Below are positions 1 to 9,701 of a DNA stretch of 38,235 nt, in pieces. The notes under the pieces are model-generated. The model made no database searches, had not been told where the DNA came from, and saw only the letters and a list, made by a program, of their open reading frames with translations. Origin of the DNA: Coleofasciculus sp. B1-GNL1-01 (lineage in GTDB: Bacteria; Cyanobacteriota; Cyanobacteriia; Cyanobacteriales; Coleofasciculaceae); assembly GCA_040220235.1 (NCBI GenBank), contig JAVJTO010000016.1; one strand, written 5' to 3'. Within the stretch, counting starts at the first letter, position 1; every line of letters starts with the position of its first letter. The translations under genes and the position numbers were made by a program.

Positions 1-747
1 CGCCGTCACCATCGAATAGGTTTCTTCGGCTTGGGTGGGGTTAAACGCCCGGAAGGTGTTTGACCCTTCACCGTCTTCAAACAAGGTGTTTTCTACCGTT
101 GCACCGTGAATGGCACACAGCAGCGCTCCACCTAAGATACCCGCCACTCCCATCATGTGGAAGGGGTTAAGTGTCCAGTTGTGGAATCCTTGGAAGAACA
201 GCAAGAAGCGGAAGATTCCGGCGACGCCGAAGCTCGGAGCAAAGAACCAAGAGGATTGCCCCAAGGGATACATCAAGAATACGCTGACAAATACCGCGAT
301 CGGTCCACTAAAGGCAATCGCGTTGTAAGGACGAATGCCCACGACGCGGGAAATTTCAAATTGCCGCAGCATGAAGCCAATTAAGCCAAATGCACCGTGC
401 AGGGCGGTAAATGTCCAAAGCCCACCGATTTGACACCAACGGGTGAAGTCGCCTTGGGCTTCAGGTCCCCACAGTAGCAGTAGGGAATGACCGAAGGTGT
501 CAGCGGGGGTGGAAACCGCCACAGTCAGGAAGTTACAGCCTTCCAAGTAGGAAGACGCTAAACCGTGGGTATACCAAGATGTCACAAAAGTTGTACCCGT
601 CAGCCAAGCTCCAACCGCCAAGTAGGCGCAAGGGAGCAGGAGTAGACCTGACCAACCGATGAATACAAAGCGATCGCGCTTTAGCCAGTCATCGAGTGCG
701 TCAAACCATCCTCTTTGGCTGGGAGCGCGTCCGACAGCTATTGTCAT
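1..747 (-). CDS. psbD: Photosystem II D2 protein, 5' part (runs off left edge)
   Basis: Manual minus-strand translation from ATG at 747: [34 protein letters not shown]...[16 protein letters not shown]...[19 protein letters not shown]...[10 protein letters not shown]; open to position 1, hence absent from ORF track. Confidence 0.99.
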   Translation of the reverse strand, partial: MTIAVGRAPSQRGWFDALDDWLKRDRFVFIGWSGLLLLPCAYLAVGAWLTGTTFVTSWYTHGLASSYLEGCNFLTVAVSTPADTFGHSLLLLWGPEAQGDFTRWCQIGGLWTFTALHGAFGLIGFMLRQFEISRVVGIRPYNAIAFSGPIAVFVSVFLMYPLGQSSWFFAPSFGVAGIFRFLLFFQGFHNWTLNPFHMMGVAGILGGALLCAIHGATVENTLFEDGEGSNTFRAFNPTQAEETYSMVTA

Positions 748-912
748 AACGTGTAGATCTCCAATAATTTATAAGTACGAAAGAAAAGCATTCTCACTCG
801 GTCAACCGATTCAGGCTGTGCCTAAGCAGATAATTGACCCGATTGTGAGTAAAGTTTACTTTTCTTTACGGTCTTGAACTTATCTTAAAAGAAATTTTCA
901 AATTTTGCCACT

Positions 913-961
913 GTTATTCGTCATTTGTCATTTGTCATTCGTCATTCGTCATTCGTCATTT
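913..961. repeat. STRR-type heptamer tandem repeat (GTCATTY) x7
   Basis: gttattc gtcattt gtcattt gtcattc gtcattc gtcattc gtcattt; same unit at 24838-24879. Confidence 0.9.
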
Positions 962-964
962 GTC

Positions 965-1068
965 CTTCCCCAGCTCCCCCAGCTCCCCCAGCTTCCCCAG
1001 CTCCCCTAGCTTCCCCAGCTTCCCCAGCTCCCCCAGCTCCCCCACCCCTCCGCACCCCTCCGCACCCC
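965..1068. repeat. 9-mer tandem repeat (CTYCCCCAG) x9 followed by a short CCCTCCGCAC duplication
   Basis: Read directly; explains spurious Pro/Ser ORF 960-1148. Confidence 0.9.
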
Positions 1069-1129
1069 ATCTCCCTCATCTGTGCCAACTCCCGTCTAAG
1101 ATAGGTAGAGTATCGCGCTTGAGAGTAGC

Positions 1130-1405
1130 ATGTTCACGATTGACTTGACTTTGAAAAACACGCCCTTCCCCTTATCCGTGCAACGGAAGTCAGCAGAAGC
1201 GGCGGAAGAAACTTACCAGGAAATTATGAAAGCAATGAGTTCGGGTAAACCTGAGTTCATGGAACTGACGTGTGAACACCAGTCCGATAAGAAAATTGGC
1301 GTTCTCACCAATGAGATCAGTGCGGTGATGATTTCTCAGAAATCTGGTGCTGTGGGGGCAGGGCGTACACCCGGTTTCTTTGCCTTAGCTGAAGAACAAC
1401 AGTAA
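1130..1405 (+). CDS. UPF0367-like conserved cyanobacterial protein
   Basis: MFTIDLTLKNTPFPLSVQRK..., C-terminal PGFF; directly upstream of ABC ATPase. Confidence 0.8.
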   Translation: MFTIDLTLKNTPFPLSVQRKSAEAAEETYQEIMKAMSSGKPEFMELTCEHQSDKKIGVLTNEISAVMISQKSGAVGAGRTPGFFALAEEQQ

Positions 1406-1416
1406 TCACCAACGTC

Positions 1417-2094
1417 ATGGTTCAAACCGCAATTACGGTACAGGATCTATGCTTCAGTTGGTCTAGTGGAGCATCGGTTTTAGACGCTTGCTCTCTAGAA
1501 GTTCCCAAGGGTGAGTTTTGGATGCTCTTGGGGACAAATGGCAGTGGTAAATCAACATTGTTGCGGTTGCTGGCTGGATTATTGTCACCTGATTCGGGTG
1601 AGATACAGATTTCGGGACTCATGGGATTTGTCTTCCAAAATCCTGACCATCAGCTGGTTATGCCGACAGTCGGTGCAGATGTGGCGTTTGGATTAGTCGA
1701 GGAGAAACTTTCGATCGCACAAGTTCGCGCCCGAGTCACCGAAGCCTTAGCCGCTGTCAATCTGCTGGATTTACAACGACGCCCGATTTATGCGCTGAGT
1801 GGGGGACAAAAGCAGCGTATTGCTATTGCGGGTGCGATCGCGCGTCAGTCTGAGATCCTTTTATTGGATGAGCCAACAGCTTTGCTAGATCCCGATACTC
1901 AGTTAGATCTGGTGGCTCAAGTCCAGCGCTTGGTCAAAAGTCGTGGGTTAACCGCCCTTTGGGTGACTCATCGGTTGGAAGAGTTGAACTACTGCGACGG
2001 CGCATTTTTGCTGGAAAATGGTCGGGTGGTAGCACAGGGAGAACCGGAGCGACTCAAGCAACGGCTTCTGGGTGAGACAAAAATGTCATCATAA
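1417..2094 (+). CDS. ABC/ECF transporter ATP-binding protein (CbiO/EcfA-like)
   Basis: Walker A GTNGSGKST, Q-loop FQNPDHQ, LSGGQKQR, Walker B LLLDEPT. Confidence 0.93.
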   Translation: MVQTAITVQDLCFSWSSGASVLDACSLEVPKGEFWMLLGTNGSGKSTLLRLLAGLLSPDSGEIQISGLMGFVFQNPDHQLVMPTVGADVAFGLVEEKLSIAQVRARVTEALAAVNLLDLQRRPIYALSGGQKQRIAIAGAIARQSEILLLDEPTALLDPDTQLDLVAQVQRLVKSRGLTALWVTHRLEELNYCDGAFLLENGRVVAQGEPERLKQRLLGETKMSS

Positions 2095-2153
2095 ATTAAT
2101 ATAAAGAGGAGATTGAGAAAAATTAACAAAAAATATTAAATTAACCTTGAAAA

Positions 2154-2702
2154 ATGCCCTCTCCCCCACCCCAGGTTACTTTACTGGTTGATGGTTATAA
2201 CATCATCGGCACCGAGTCGAGTTTGACCAAGACGCGCGATCGCCATGGACTATTGGCGGCGCGGCAAGAATTAGTTGAGGTTTTAATTAACTATAGCGCC
2301 TTTCGGGGCTATAAAACTAAAATCGTCTTTGATGCTCACTATCAACCGACTGGAACGCGCCACGAAAATATAACTCCCCATGTATCAATCTGTTATACAG
2401 ACTTTGGGCAGACCGCCGATAGCTACATCGAAAAATTTTGTGCGGCTGTTCGCAGTAAACCGAAGCTGTTCAAGCAACGATTAATCGTCGCAACTTCAGA
2501 TCGGGCGCAACAGCTAACCGTTACTGGGTATGGGGCAGAATGGATGTCCTCGCAACAGTTAATTAGCGATGTTCATTGCACAAGTCGTCGAGTACGCCGC
2601 CGACAGCGATCACCCAAACAATCTCGCGGTCGTTTTTTAATGCATTCCCTTGACAAATCGGCACAACAACGGTTATCTCAATGGCGTCAGGGTATTCGCT
2701 GA
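2154..2702 (+). CDS. NYN-domain ribonuclease, YacP/Rae1-like
   Basis: LLVDGYNII, IVFDA, TADSYIE, VATSD motifs. Confidence 0.9.
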   Translation: MPSPPPQVTLLVDGYNIIGTESSLTKTRDRHGLLAARQELVEVLINYSAFRGYKTKIVFDAHYQPTGTRHENITPHVSICYTDFGQTADSYIEKFCAAVRSKPKLFKQRLIVATSDRAQQLTVTGYGAEWMSSQQLISDVHCTSRRVRRRQRSPKQSRGRFLMHSLDKSAQQRLSQWRQGIR

Positions 2703-2819
2703 TACAGGGAAGCGTCGCTCCCTCTTGAATTATTAACAAATCAATGTAGCTATTCAGAGGCTGTCTCGAAAAAGGTTGTTTGGGACGCCGATAGAACTCA
2801 TTGGCACAAACAATTAGGC

Positions 2820-4949
2820 ATGAACATTACTCAAGATAATGGAATAGAACCCAAGTCGCCAAAAAGACACCAGCTCATCCCGGCTATTCTCAATTCTTTA
2901 GACGAGGTGGTTTGGTCAGCGTCAGCCCAGACTTATAAGCTACTGTATATTAATCGAGCTGCCGAGACCATTTTTGGCAGAACCCTTTGTGAACTGTATG
3001 ATCAAGCAACTCTATGGCAGTTGATGATTCATCCCGATGATCGCCAGCGAGTTCAGCAGACGTTTCAGAGTTTAGTAGAAAGCGGTAATCAAGCCGTAGA
3101 ATACAGAATTGTCCGACCTGATGGGGAGGTACGTTGGATACACAATCGCGTCTGTGCGATCGCGGATGAGACAGGTACTGTGATTCGGATTGATGGGATT
3201 GCCAGGGATATTACCCAACGTAAACAAATCGAAGCCCAACTCTGTCCCGAAAACGACCTACTCCAGGGCATCATGCAAACCAGTGTCGCCGCAATTAACG
3301 TCGTTGATGCTCACGGTAACATTATCTTTGCCAACGCGCGATCGCAGCAAGTCCTCGGTTTAACTCAATCCGAATTAGTCGAACGTCGATACAACTCTCC
3401 CACTTGGCAGATTACTGATTTTCAAGGTGGACCCTTTCCAGAGGAACAACTACCATTCCAACAGGTGATGGTCACAGGTCAACCGGTTTTCGATGTCCAG
3501 CACGCGATTGAATGGGCAGATGGAACCCGTAAATACCTTTCAATTAATGGCGCCCCCTTAAAAGATGCCGATGGAGTTATCACCCATATTGTTTTCTCGA
3601 TTACTGATATTAGTCACCGCAAACACGTAGAAGAACAGTTATGCCACGATGCTTTACATGATAGCTTAACCAGCTTACCGAATCGTACTCTATTTATGGA
3701 GCGGGTTAACCATGCCATTAAATTAGCAAAACGAAATCAGGATTATTTATTTGCGGTTCTGTTTCTGGATTTGGATCGCTTTAAAGTAGTGAATGATAGC
3801 TTGGGGCATGATGTCGGGGATAAACTCCTAATTGCCACCGCCCGTCAGCTAGAAAAGTGTGTACGCACCACTGACACTGTTGCCCATTTAAGTGGCGATG
3901 AATTTACAATTCTCCTCGAAGATATCAAAGATATTAAAGATGCCACTCGTGTAGCTGAGCGGATTCAGGCAACCTTAAAATCCCCCTTTCATCTGAATAA
4001 TCATGAGGTATTTACGAGTGCTAGTATTGGCATTGCCCTCAGTTCTACAGGATATGAGCGCAGCGAAGATATCTTGCGGGATGCTGATATTGCCATGTAT
4101 CGGGCAAAAGAACTCGGCAAAGCCCGTCATGAAATCTTTGATAAAATTATGCATGCTCGCGCCCTAGAATTATTGACCTTGGAAAATGATTTGCGACGAG
4201 CATTGGAACGGCAGGAATTTGAAGTTTATTATCAACCGATCACCTCATTAGTAACAGGGACGCTAACTGGATTTGAAGCACTGGTACGTTGGCGACATCC
4301 AGAACGAGGGTTAGTCTCTCCAGTCGAGTTTATCCCAGTTGCTGAAGATACTGGACTGATTATTTCTCTGGGAGAGTGGGTACTCTATGAAGCTTGTCGT
4401 CAACTGCGGATGTGGCAAACCCAATTCCCCACACCAGAGCCATTGAAAATTAGTGTTAATTTATCGGGTAAACAGATTAAGGAGCCGGATCTAATTGAGC
4501 AAATTGATCATATTTTAGCAGAAACAGGGTTAGATGGTAGTTTTTTGAAGCTAGAAATTACGGAAAGTGTCTTAATGGAAAACGCTGAAACAGTCACCAA
4601 GATGCTGCTGCAATTGAGAGCGAGAAATATACAGTTGTCAGTGGATGACTTCGGCACGGGATATTCGTCCTTAAGTTACTTACACAGATTTCCCGTGAAT
4701 ACCCTTAAAATTGACCGTTCTTTTGTTAGCCAAATGAATCAGCAAAATCGCAACGCTGAGATTATTAGAACGATTATTACTCTAGCTCATAGTTTAAGAA
4801 TGGATGTCATTGCTGAAGGGGTCGAAACTCCAGAACAATTGACGGAATTGAAACTACTAAACTGCGAACAAGGACAAGGGTATTTATTTTCTAGACCGTT
4901 AACCAAGGAAGCAGCCGGACTTTTATTAAATGGCATTCCTCAATGGTAA
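2820..4949 (+). CDS. PAS-PAS-GGDEF-EAL c-di-GMP signalling protein
   Basis: IHPDDR PAS/PAC, DLDRFKVVND, SGDEF, FEALVRW, DDFGTGYSSL, AEGVET. Confidence 0.95.
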   Translation: MNITQDNGIEPKSPKRHQLIPAILNSLDEVVWSASAQTYKLLYINRAAETIFGRTLCELYDQATLWQLMIHPDDRQRVQQTFQSLVESGNQAVEYRIVRPDGEVRWIHNRVCAIADETGTVIRIDGIARDITQRKQIEAQLCPENDLLQGIMQTSVAAINVVDAHGNIIFANARSQQVLGLTQSELVERRYNSPTWQITDFQGGPFPEEQLPFQQVMVTGQPVFDVQHAIEWADGTRKYLSINGAPLKDADGVITHIVFSITDISHRKHVEEQLCHDALHDSLTSLPNRTLFMERVNHAIKLAKRNQDYLFAVLFLDLDRFKVVNDSLGHDVGDKLLIATARQLEKCVRTTDTVAHLSGDEFTILLEDIKDIKDATRVAERIQATLKSPFHLNNHEVFTSASIGIALSSTGYERSEDILRDADIAMYRAKELGKARHEIFDKIMHARALELLTLENDLRRALERQEFEVYYQPITSLVTGTLTGFEALVRWRHPERGLVSPVEFIPVAEDTGLIISLGEWVLYEACRQLRMWQTQFPTPEPLKISVNLSGKQIKEPDLIEQIDHILAETGLDGSFLKLEITESVLMENAETVTKMLLQLRARNIQLSVDDFGTGYSSLSYLHRFPVNTLKIDRSFVSQMNQQNRNAEIIRTIITLAHSLRMDVIAEGVETPEQLTELKLLNCEQGQGYLFSRPLTKEAAGLLLNGIPQW

Positions 4950-5099
4950 TTTATTTTATATTCTATTCGTTATAGTATTTTTGTTTGAGGCTTAAAATTG
5001 GCGTTTAGCGTAAAAGAAAGCAGGGAACAGGGAACAGTAGCAATGTATTTCTGGCATTTTTATTACTATAAAAAATCTACTATTAATTTTCATTGCAAA

Positions 5100-5552
5100 T
5101 TATTCAAAAGCGCTATAAATTAAGGCAATTCCCATGAATACGAAGGCAATAAAAAAAGTAGTTCCCCCTATAAAAGACAATATAATAGCCATTACGTTTT
5201 CATCCCATTGAAAAATAAAACCTAGTCCAGCAATTAAAATTAAAAAAGCAAAGCCAAAAGCGACAGAAGCCATAGCCAAGCCCATCCAAAATGATATGGG
5301 ATCAGTTGTCTCATTTTTTTTGTCCTGATCCAATTCATCTCCAAATAAATCTGTATTTGGGGAGTTATCATTAAACTCAAAATAGGCATAATTTAAAGAC
5401 AAATTGATAGTTTTATTTAATACATTATTTGTCGTAATGAAACTAGAGTTTAGAGAAGAAGACAGGGGAGCTTTCAAAGAAAATACAACAATAGCTAATA
5501 TTAAAATTGCTTTAAATAGAAATGATTTATTAAGCTTCATGAATTTCACCAT
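5100..5552 (-). CDS. Hypothetical membrane protein (AT-rich gene)
   Basis: 150 aa ORF with N-terminal hydrophobic segment and two C-terminal TM-like segments. Confidence 0.6.
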   Translation of the reverse strand: MVKFMKLNKSFLFKAILILAIVVFSLKAPLSSSLNSSFITTNNVLNKTINLSLNYAYFEFNDNSPNTDLFGDELDQDKKNETTDPISFWMGLAMASVAFGFAFLILIAGLGFIFQWDENVMAIILSFIGGTTFFIAFVFMGIALIYSAFE

Positions 5553-5650
5553 TAATCAAGCTATTTTAACTTGGGATTACCTTAAGTAAGCCCAACCAAA
5601 TTTAGAATGTATTAAGTTTTTTTCAATGCCTCTCAAACCTTGACAACGAA

Positions 5651-6226
5651 TTAATCTAAGAATTGGTTAACTCTCCTATCCTGATTCCACAGTAATTGAG
5701 ACAAAATTCGGGCAATATTCGCCGCATCGTCAACACCACGATGGTGTGTGCCTTGTAACGACAGTTTGAGCAAAAACAGGGCTTTTAACATACCAACTTC
5801 CTTCTGTAACGAATGAGCCAGCGCCAACCATGTCTTCACATTAATATGTCGCGAGTCAAACGGATACTCAACGCCAAAGGATTGACATTGTTTTTGAAAT
5901 TGATTTTTATCATACTCCCCATAACTCGCCCAAACTCGTTGATGGGATAAATAGCGTTTTTGGAGACGTTCACAGGCTTGAGCAAAGGACATGCCTTGCT
6001 CCACTTGTTCCTGAGTTAATGTCGTTAGCTCAGTACAGAATTCACTCACCGTTGAGCGTGCTGGTTTAACCAAGATACTCTCTGTCTTAACAGCGGAATG
6101 CGAATGGCAATCCAGCAGACAAACCCCAATTTCGATAATTTCGCTTTCTTGTCCCGGTGGAGGTTTGCCTTGCCAACACGTCGCTTCGACATCAATAACC
6201 AGAATTTGGTCAATTTTTCTAGACAT
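5651..6226 (-). CDS. DEDDh 3'-5' exonuclease (ERI-1/KapD-like)
   Basis: VIDVEATCW, EIIEIG, GEYDK, HHRGVDDA. Confidence 0.92.
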   Translation of the reverse strand: MSRKIDQILVIDVEATCWQGKPPPGQESEIIEIGVCLLDCHSHSAVKTESILVKPARSTVSEFCTELTTLTQEQVEQGMSFAQACERLQKRYLSHQRVWASYGEYDKNQFQKQCQSFGVEYPFDSRHINVKTWLALAHSLQKEVGMLKALFLLKLSLQGTHHRGVDDAANIARILSQLLWNQDRRVNQFLD

Positions 6227-6429
6227 GGTTCTGCTGCTTCTCAGATTCCCTAACCAGCGCAGGTTGTGAAGTTAGAGGTTGTGTCCAAAGCGTTATCAGT
6301 CAAACCCGCCTCTACAACCTGGCTTACTTTGCTTTATTATGTATGTTTTAAGCAAATTTCATCATAAACGCCCTCAGACGCTAAGATGGGACTAATTTAA
6401 CTTAACCGACATTTGAGATTTTAGAGACA

Positions 6430-7728
6430 TTGCTATCTGAGCCACTGATTTCTACCAAATTTCCTGGTGATATATTCAAACTCGCCAATGGGTTAACCGT
6501 CATTCACCAGCATTTACCTGCAACACCTGTCGTTGTGGTTGATGTCTGGGTGAGGGCTGGGGCAATTGTCGAACCCGATGAATGGTGCGGGATGGCTCAT
6601 TTTTTAGAACACATGATTTTCAAAGGGACACAGCGACTGGTTCCCGGTGCATTTGATCAGGTGATTGAACGTCATGGGGGGCTGACAAATGCGGCGACTA
6701 GCCACGATTATGCCCATTTCTTTATTACCACCGCCGCACAATACCTTGACGAAACCTTACCCCCGTTAGCGGACTTACTGTTATCGCCAGCGATTCCGGA
6801 CATCGAATTTGATCGCGAACGGGATGTGGTACTAGAAGAAATTCGCTCCTGTTACGACAATCCTGACTGGTTAGGTTTTCAGGCACTCTCAGAAATAATA
6901 TACCAATATCACCCCTATAGGCGCTCGGTTTTGGGTAGCGAAGAACAATTGAGGGCGCACACGTCTCAGCAGATGCGCCGTTTCCACGCCAATCACTACC
7001 AACCGGAGAATATGACAGTGGTGATTATTGGCGGGGTAGAACAAGAATCAGCGCTAAATTTAGTCAATCAGTCTTTTGCCTCGTTTCCGACTCCCAGTGA
7101 TTATCCCCAATTCATCGCCGAAGCCGAACCCCCGATGACTGAGATTCGGCGTCAGGAACTGTATTTACCCCGAATTGAACAAGCCCGCCTATTTATGGCT
7201 TGGGTTGGACCCGGTGTGGATCAGTTAAAAGATGCTTATGGTTTAGATTTACTTTCGGTATTATTAGCCGATGGACGCTCATCCCGGTTAGTGAGACAAT
7301 TGCGGGAAGAAGAACGACTGGTTCAAAATATTGGCAGTGGTTTTTCACTCCAGCGGGATTCGAGCTTGTTTACCATCAGCGCCTATCTTGATCCTGAGCA
7401 TTTAGAACAAGTCGAAGCCTTGATTTGCCAGCATCTATTAGACCTACAGCAGACACCGATATCCTCTGAAGAAATCCGTCGCTGTCAGCGATTATTGTGT
7501 AATGACTATATTTTTTCTACCGAAGCTGCTGGTCAAATAGCTGGATTGTATGGCTATTACAACACGATCGCATCCGCAGAATTAGCTGTCACCTATCCCG
7601 TGCAAATTCAACGACTGACTCCCGTAGACTTGATGCACTTAGCGCAGCGTTATCTTTCTCCTTATCACTATGCCGTAACTGTTCTCAAACCCGTGAGTGA
7701 AGATTTGCTGATGGGAGAATTATTTTGA
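6430..7728 (+). CDS. M16B zinc peptidase, catalytic subunit
   Basis: HFLEH (HxxEH), NAATSHD, EREDVV-like ERDVVLEE, SSRL. Confidence 0.95.
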   Translation: MLSEPLISTKFPGDIFKLANGLTVIHQHLPATPVVVVDVWVRAGAIVEPDEWCGMAHFLEHMIFKGTQRLVPGAFDQVIERHGGLTNAATSHDYAHFFITTAAQYLDETLPPLADLLLSPAIPDIEFDRERDVVLEEIRSCYDNPDWLGFQALSEIIYQYHPYRRSVLGSEEQLRAHTSQQMRRFHANHYQPENMTVVIIGGVEQESALNLVNQSFASFPTPSDYPQFIAEAEPPMTEIRRQELYLPRIEQARLFMAWVGPGVDQLKDAYGLDLLSVLLADGRSSRLVRQLREEERLVQNIGSGFSLQRDSSLFTISAYLDPEHLEQVEALICQHLLDLQQTPISSEEIRRCQRLLCNDYIFSTEAAGQIAGLYGYYNTIASAELAVTYPVQIQRLTPVDLMHLAQRYLSPYHYAVTVLKPVSEDLLMGELF

Positions 7729-7829
7729 GAGACGCGCCATGGCGCGTCTCTACATGGTGCGTCTGTAGGGGCGGGTTTGACGACTATCGTTTCTTATCCT
7801 TACCCAGATGCAACTAAACCCGCCCCGAC
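7728..7829. repeat. REP-like palindromes
   Basis: Perfect 24 bp palindrome AGAGACGCGCCATGGCGCGTCTCT (7728-7751), then GTAGGGGCGGGTTT...AAACCCGCCCCGAC inverted pair. Confidence 0.8.
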
Positions 7830-7865
7830 CGAGTTTTGAATGTTGAATGTTTTAAATTATCGATT

Positions 7866-9146
7866 ATGCCTTCTAGTCTAACTGCCTCACCCCAACAGTC
7901 CATTATCCATCGCACGGTTTTAGATAATGGCATTGTCGTTATCGCTATCGAGAATTCAGCCGCTGATATTATTGCCTCACGCCTATTTTTTCGCACGGGT
8001 AGCCAACGAGAACCACGAGATAAGGCGGGATTAACCCATCTCCTAGCGGCGGTTTTGACCAAAGGAACCCAAGACCTGACCTCAATTGAAATCGCCGAAC
8101 GAGTCGAATCAGTCGGCGCTCAACTGAATACAGATGCCGCCACGGATTACTTTTTATTATCGCTGAAAACGGTATCCTCCGACTGGCTGGATATGTTAAC
8201 CCTAGCGGGGCAGATTTTGCGATCGCCTAGTTTCCCGGAAACTGAGGTAGAATTGGAACGCTATCTAACGATTCAGGATATTCGTTCCCAAAAAGAGCAA
8301 CCGTTTAGCGTTGCCTTTGAGCAGTTGCGACAGGCATTATATCAGGATCACCCCTATGCTGTCTCTGTATTGGGTACGGAAGCCACGGTTTCTGAATTGT
8401 TACCGACAGATTTAAAAGACTATCATCAAACCTATTTCCGCCCGGATAACCTAGTGATTAGTGTCGCCGGTCGAATTTCACCGGAAGCCGCCGTACAGCA
8501 GATTGAACAAGTCTTTGGGGATTGGCAACCGCCCTCAACTCCCTTACCAACACCCACATTACCCTTAATTACCCCTCAGCCTTGCCACGTTGTCACCCCT
8601 CAGGAAACCCAACAATCGGTGGTAATGCTGGGGTATTTAGCCTCATCGGTTACTGATCCAGATTATGGGGCGCTAAAACTACTGAATACTTATCTAGGAA
8701 ATGGGCTTTCGAGTCGCTTATTTGTGGAATTGCGGGAAAAACGAGGATTAGCTTATGATGTTTCGGCGTTTTACCCCACGCGCCAGTGTGATTCCCTATT
8801 TGTGACGTATATGGGAACCGCCCCAGAAAATACAGTAATCGCGATGGAGGGATTGCGGACAGAAGTAGAACGCCTTTGCAGTTTCAGGTTGAGTGAAGCG
8901 GAACTCCAAGCGGCTAAAAATAAACTTTTGGGTCAATATGCTTTAGGGAAACAAACTAATGCTCAACTTGCCCAGATTTATGGCTGGTATGAGACCCTAG
9001 GATTGGGAATTGAGTTTGATCTGAAGTTTCAGCAGCAGATTGCCCAAGTCACGCCAGAGATGGCACAAGCGGCGGCACAGCGTTTCTTTGGGGAACCTTA
9101 TATTTCTTTAGTCGGTCCGAGTGAAGCGATTAACCAGATCGTTTAA
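7866..9146 (+). CDS. M16B peptidase, non-catalytic partner subunit
   Basis: HLLAA replaces HxxEH; SSRLFVELREKRGLAY; ATG 7866 preferred over TTG 7836. Confidence 0.92.
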   Translation: MPSSLTASPQQSIIHRTVLDNGIVVIAIENSAADIIASRLFFRTGSQREPRDKAGLTHLLAAVLTKGTQDLTSIEIAERVESVGAQLNTDAATDYFLLSLKTVSSDWLDMLTLAGQILRSPSFPETEVELERYLTIQDIRSQKEQPFSVAFEQLRQALYQDHPYAVSVLGTEATVSELLPTDLKDYHQTYFRPDNLVISVAGRISPEAAVQQIEQVFGDWQPPSTPLPTPTLPLITPQPCHVVTPQETQQSVVMLGYLASSVTDPDYGALKLLNTYLGNGLSSRLFVELREKRGLAYDVSAFYPTRQCDSLFVTYMGTAPENTVIAMEGLRTEVERLCSFRLSEAELQAAKNKLLGQYALGKQTNAQLAQIYGWYETLGLGIEFDLKFQQQIAQVTPEMAQAAAQRFFGEPYISLVGPSEAINQIV

Positions 9147-9158
9147 GATCTGACATTG

Positions 9159-9192
9159 AGATCCCCGACAACTCCTACGAAGTCGGGGATCT
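9159..9192. repeat. REP-like hairpin AGATCCCCGAC...GTCGGGGATCT (possible terminator)
   Basis: 11 bp inverted repeat; same family at 10730-10792. Confidence 0.8.
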
Positions 9193-9198
9193 GTACTA

Positions 9199-9370
9199 GT
9201 GAAGTACCCTAACTTGCTTCGCTGAAGTTAGGGCTTCTAACTTAGCTAAACAATGACGGTCTTATTCGTCTTCAGGGTTTCCCGTTTCATCCGCCAACGC
9301 CTCTAAAGGTTGCCCTCCATTGGTCTTACAAGGGCGTCAACAGGCAGCCGTCCGCCTTCCGCAGACAGTG
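9199..9370 (-). ncRNA. Putative TnpB omega-RNA (reRNA) scaffold
   Basis: Minus strand ACTGTCTGCGGAAGGCGGACGGCTGCCTGTTGACGCCCTTGTAAGACC...GGCGGATGAAACGGGAAACC...GAAGCCC hairpin TCAC follows the GCCTGT...GTAAGAC...GATGAAGCAGGAA...TCAC order typical of tnpB 3' ends; boundaries approximate. Confidence 0.6.
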
Positions 9371-9700
9371 ATATTTTGTTAGTCCGCTTGATTTTCGCGG
9401 TTTGTGGTTGTAGAGACGCGCTTTTGAAGCGTCTGTACTAACCGAGTAATGCCATTGGGCATCTTGCGCTATTCTTTTGGAGGACGCTAAAAAGCGAACG
9501 GTGGTCGAGTTCCGAGCCGCGCAAGGACTACATCTCTATCACACCTAGCCCAGCCATCTGTCTTCCCATGCATTACCATGTAGACCTAGGAGGGTTGCTG
9601 CCATTATAGCGCTAAAAGTATTTGGAAATCTTCATACTTCCGATTTCCCGCTGTCCATCCTCACCCTACTGACGTTGAGGGTGAGGACTTCCGCGCCTAC
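9199..9700 (-). mobile_element. Non-autonomous IS200/IS605-family element (PATE-like), no ORF
   Basis: Minus strand left end GTAGGCGCG-GAAG-TCCTCACCCT(N10)AGGGTGAGGA; right end GAAG-CCCTAACTT(N)AAGTTAGGG-TACTTCAC; same architecture as the tnpB element at 20543-21739. Confidence 0.8.
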
Positions 9701-9701
9701 G

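Noticed and set aside
850..872. RpaB/HLR1-like TTTAC direct repeat upstream of psbD
   Set aside because: Only a partial consensus match in AT-rich DNA
110..877. Plus-strand ORFs 110-328, 157-384, 659-877
   Set aside because: Antisense shadows of psbD
913..1068. CRISPR array (also 24838-24879 and 36665-36708)
   Set aside because: Short contiguous units with no spacers; no cas genes in the window
960..1148. Pro/Ser-rich 62 aa ORF
   Set aside because: Translation of the 9-mer tandem repeat
9199..9700. HEARO/IscB RNA, group I intron or riboswitch
   Set aside because: End hairpins and motif order fit a tnpB-type right end on the minus strand; no iscB ORF, no intron core recognised, and it does not interrupt a gene
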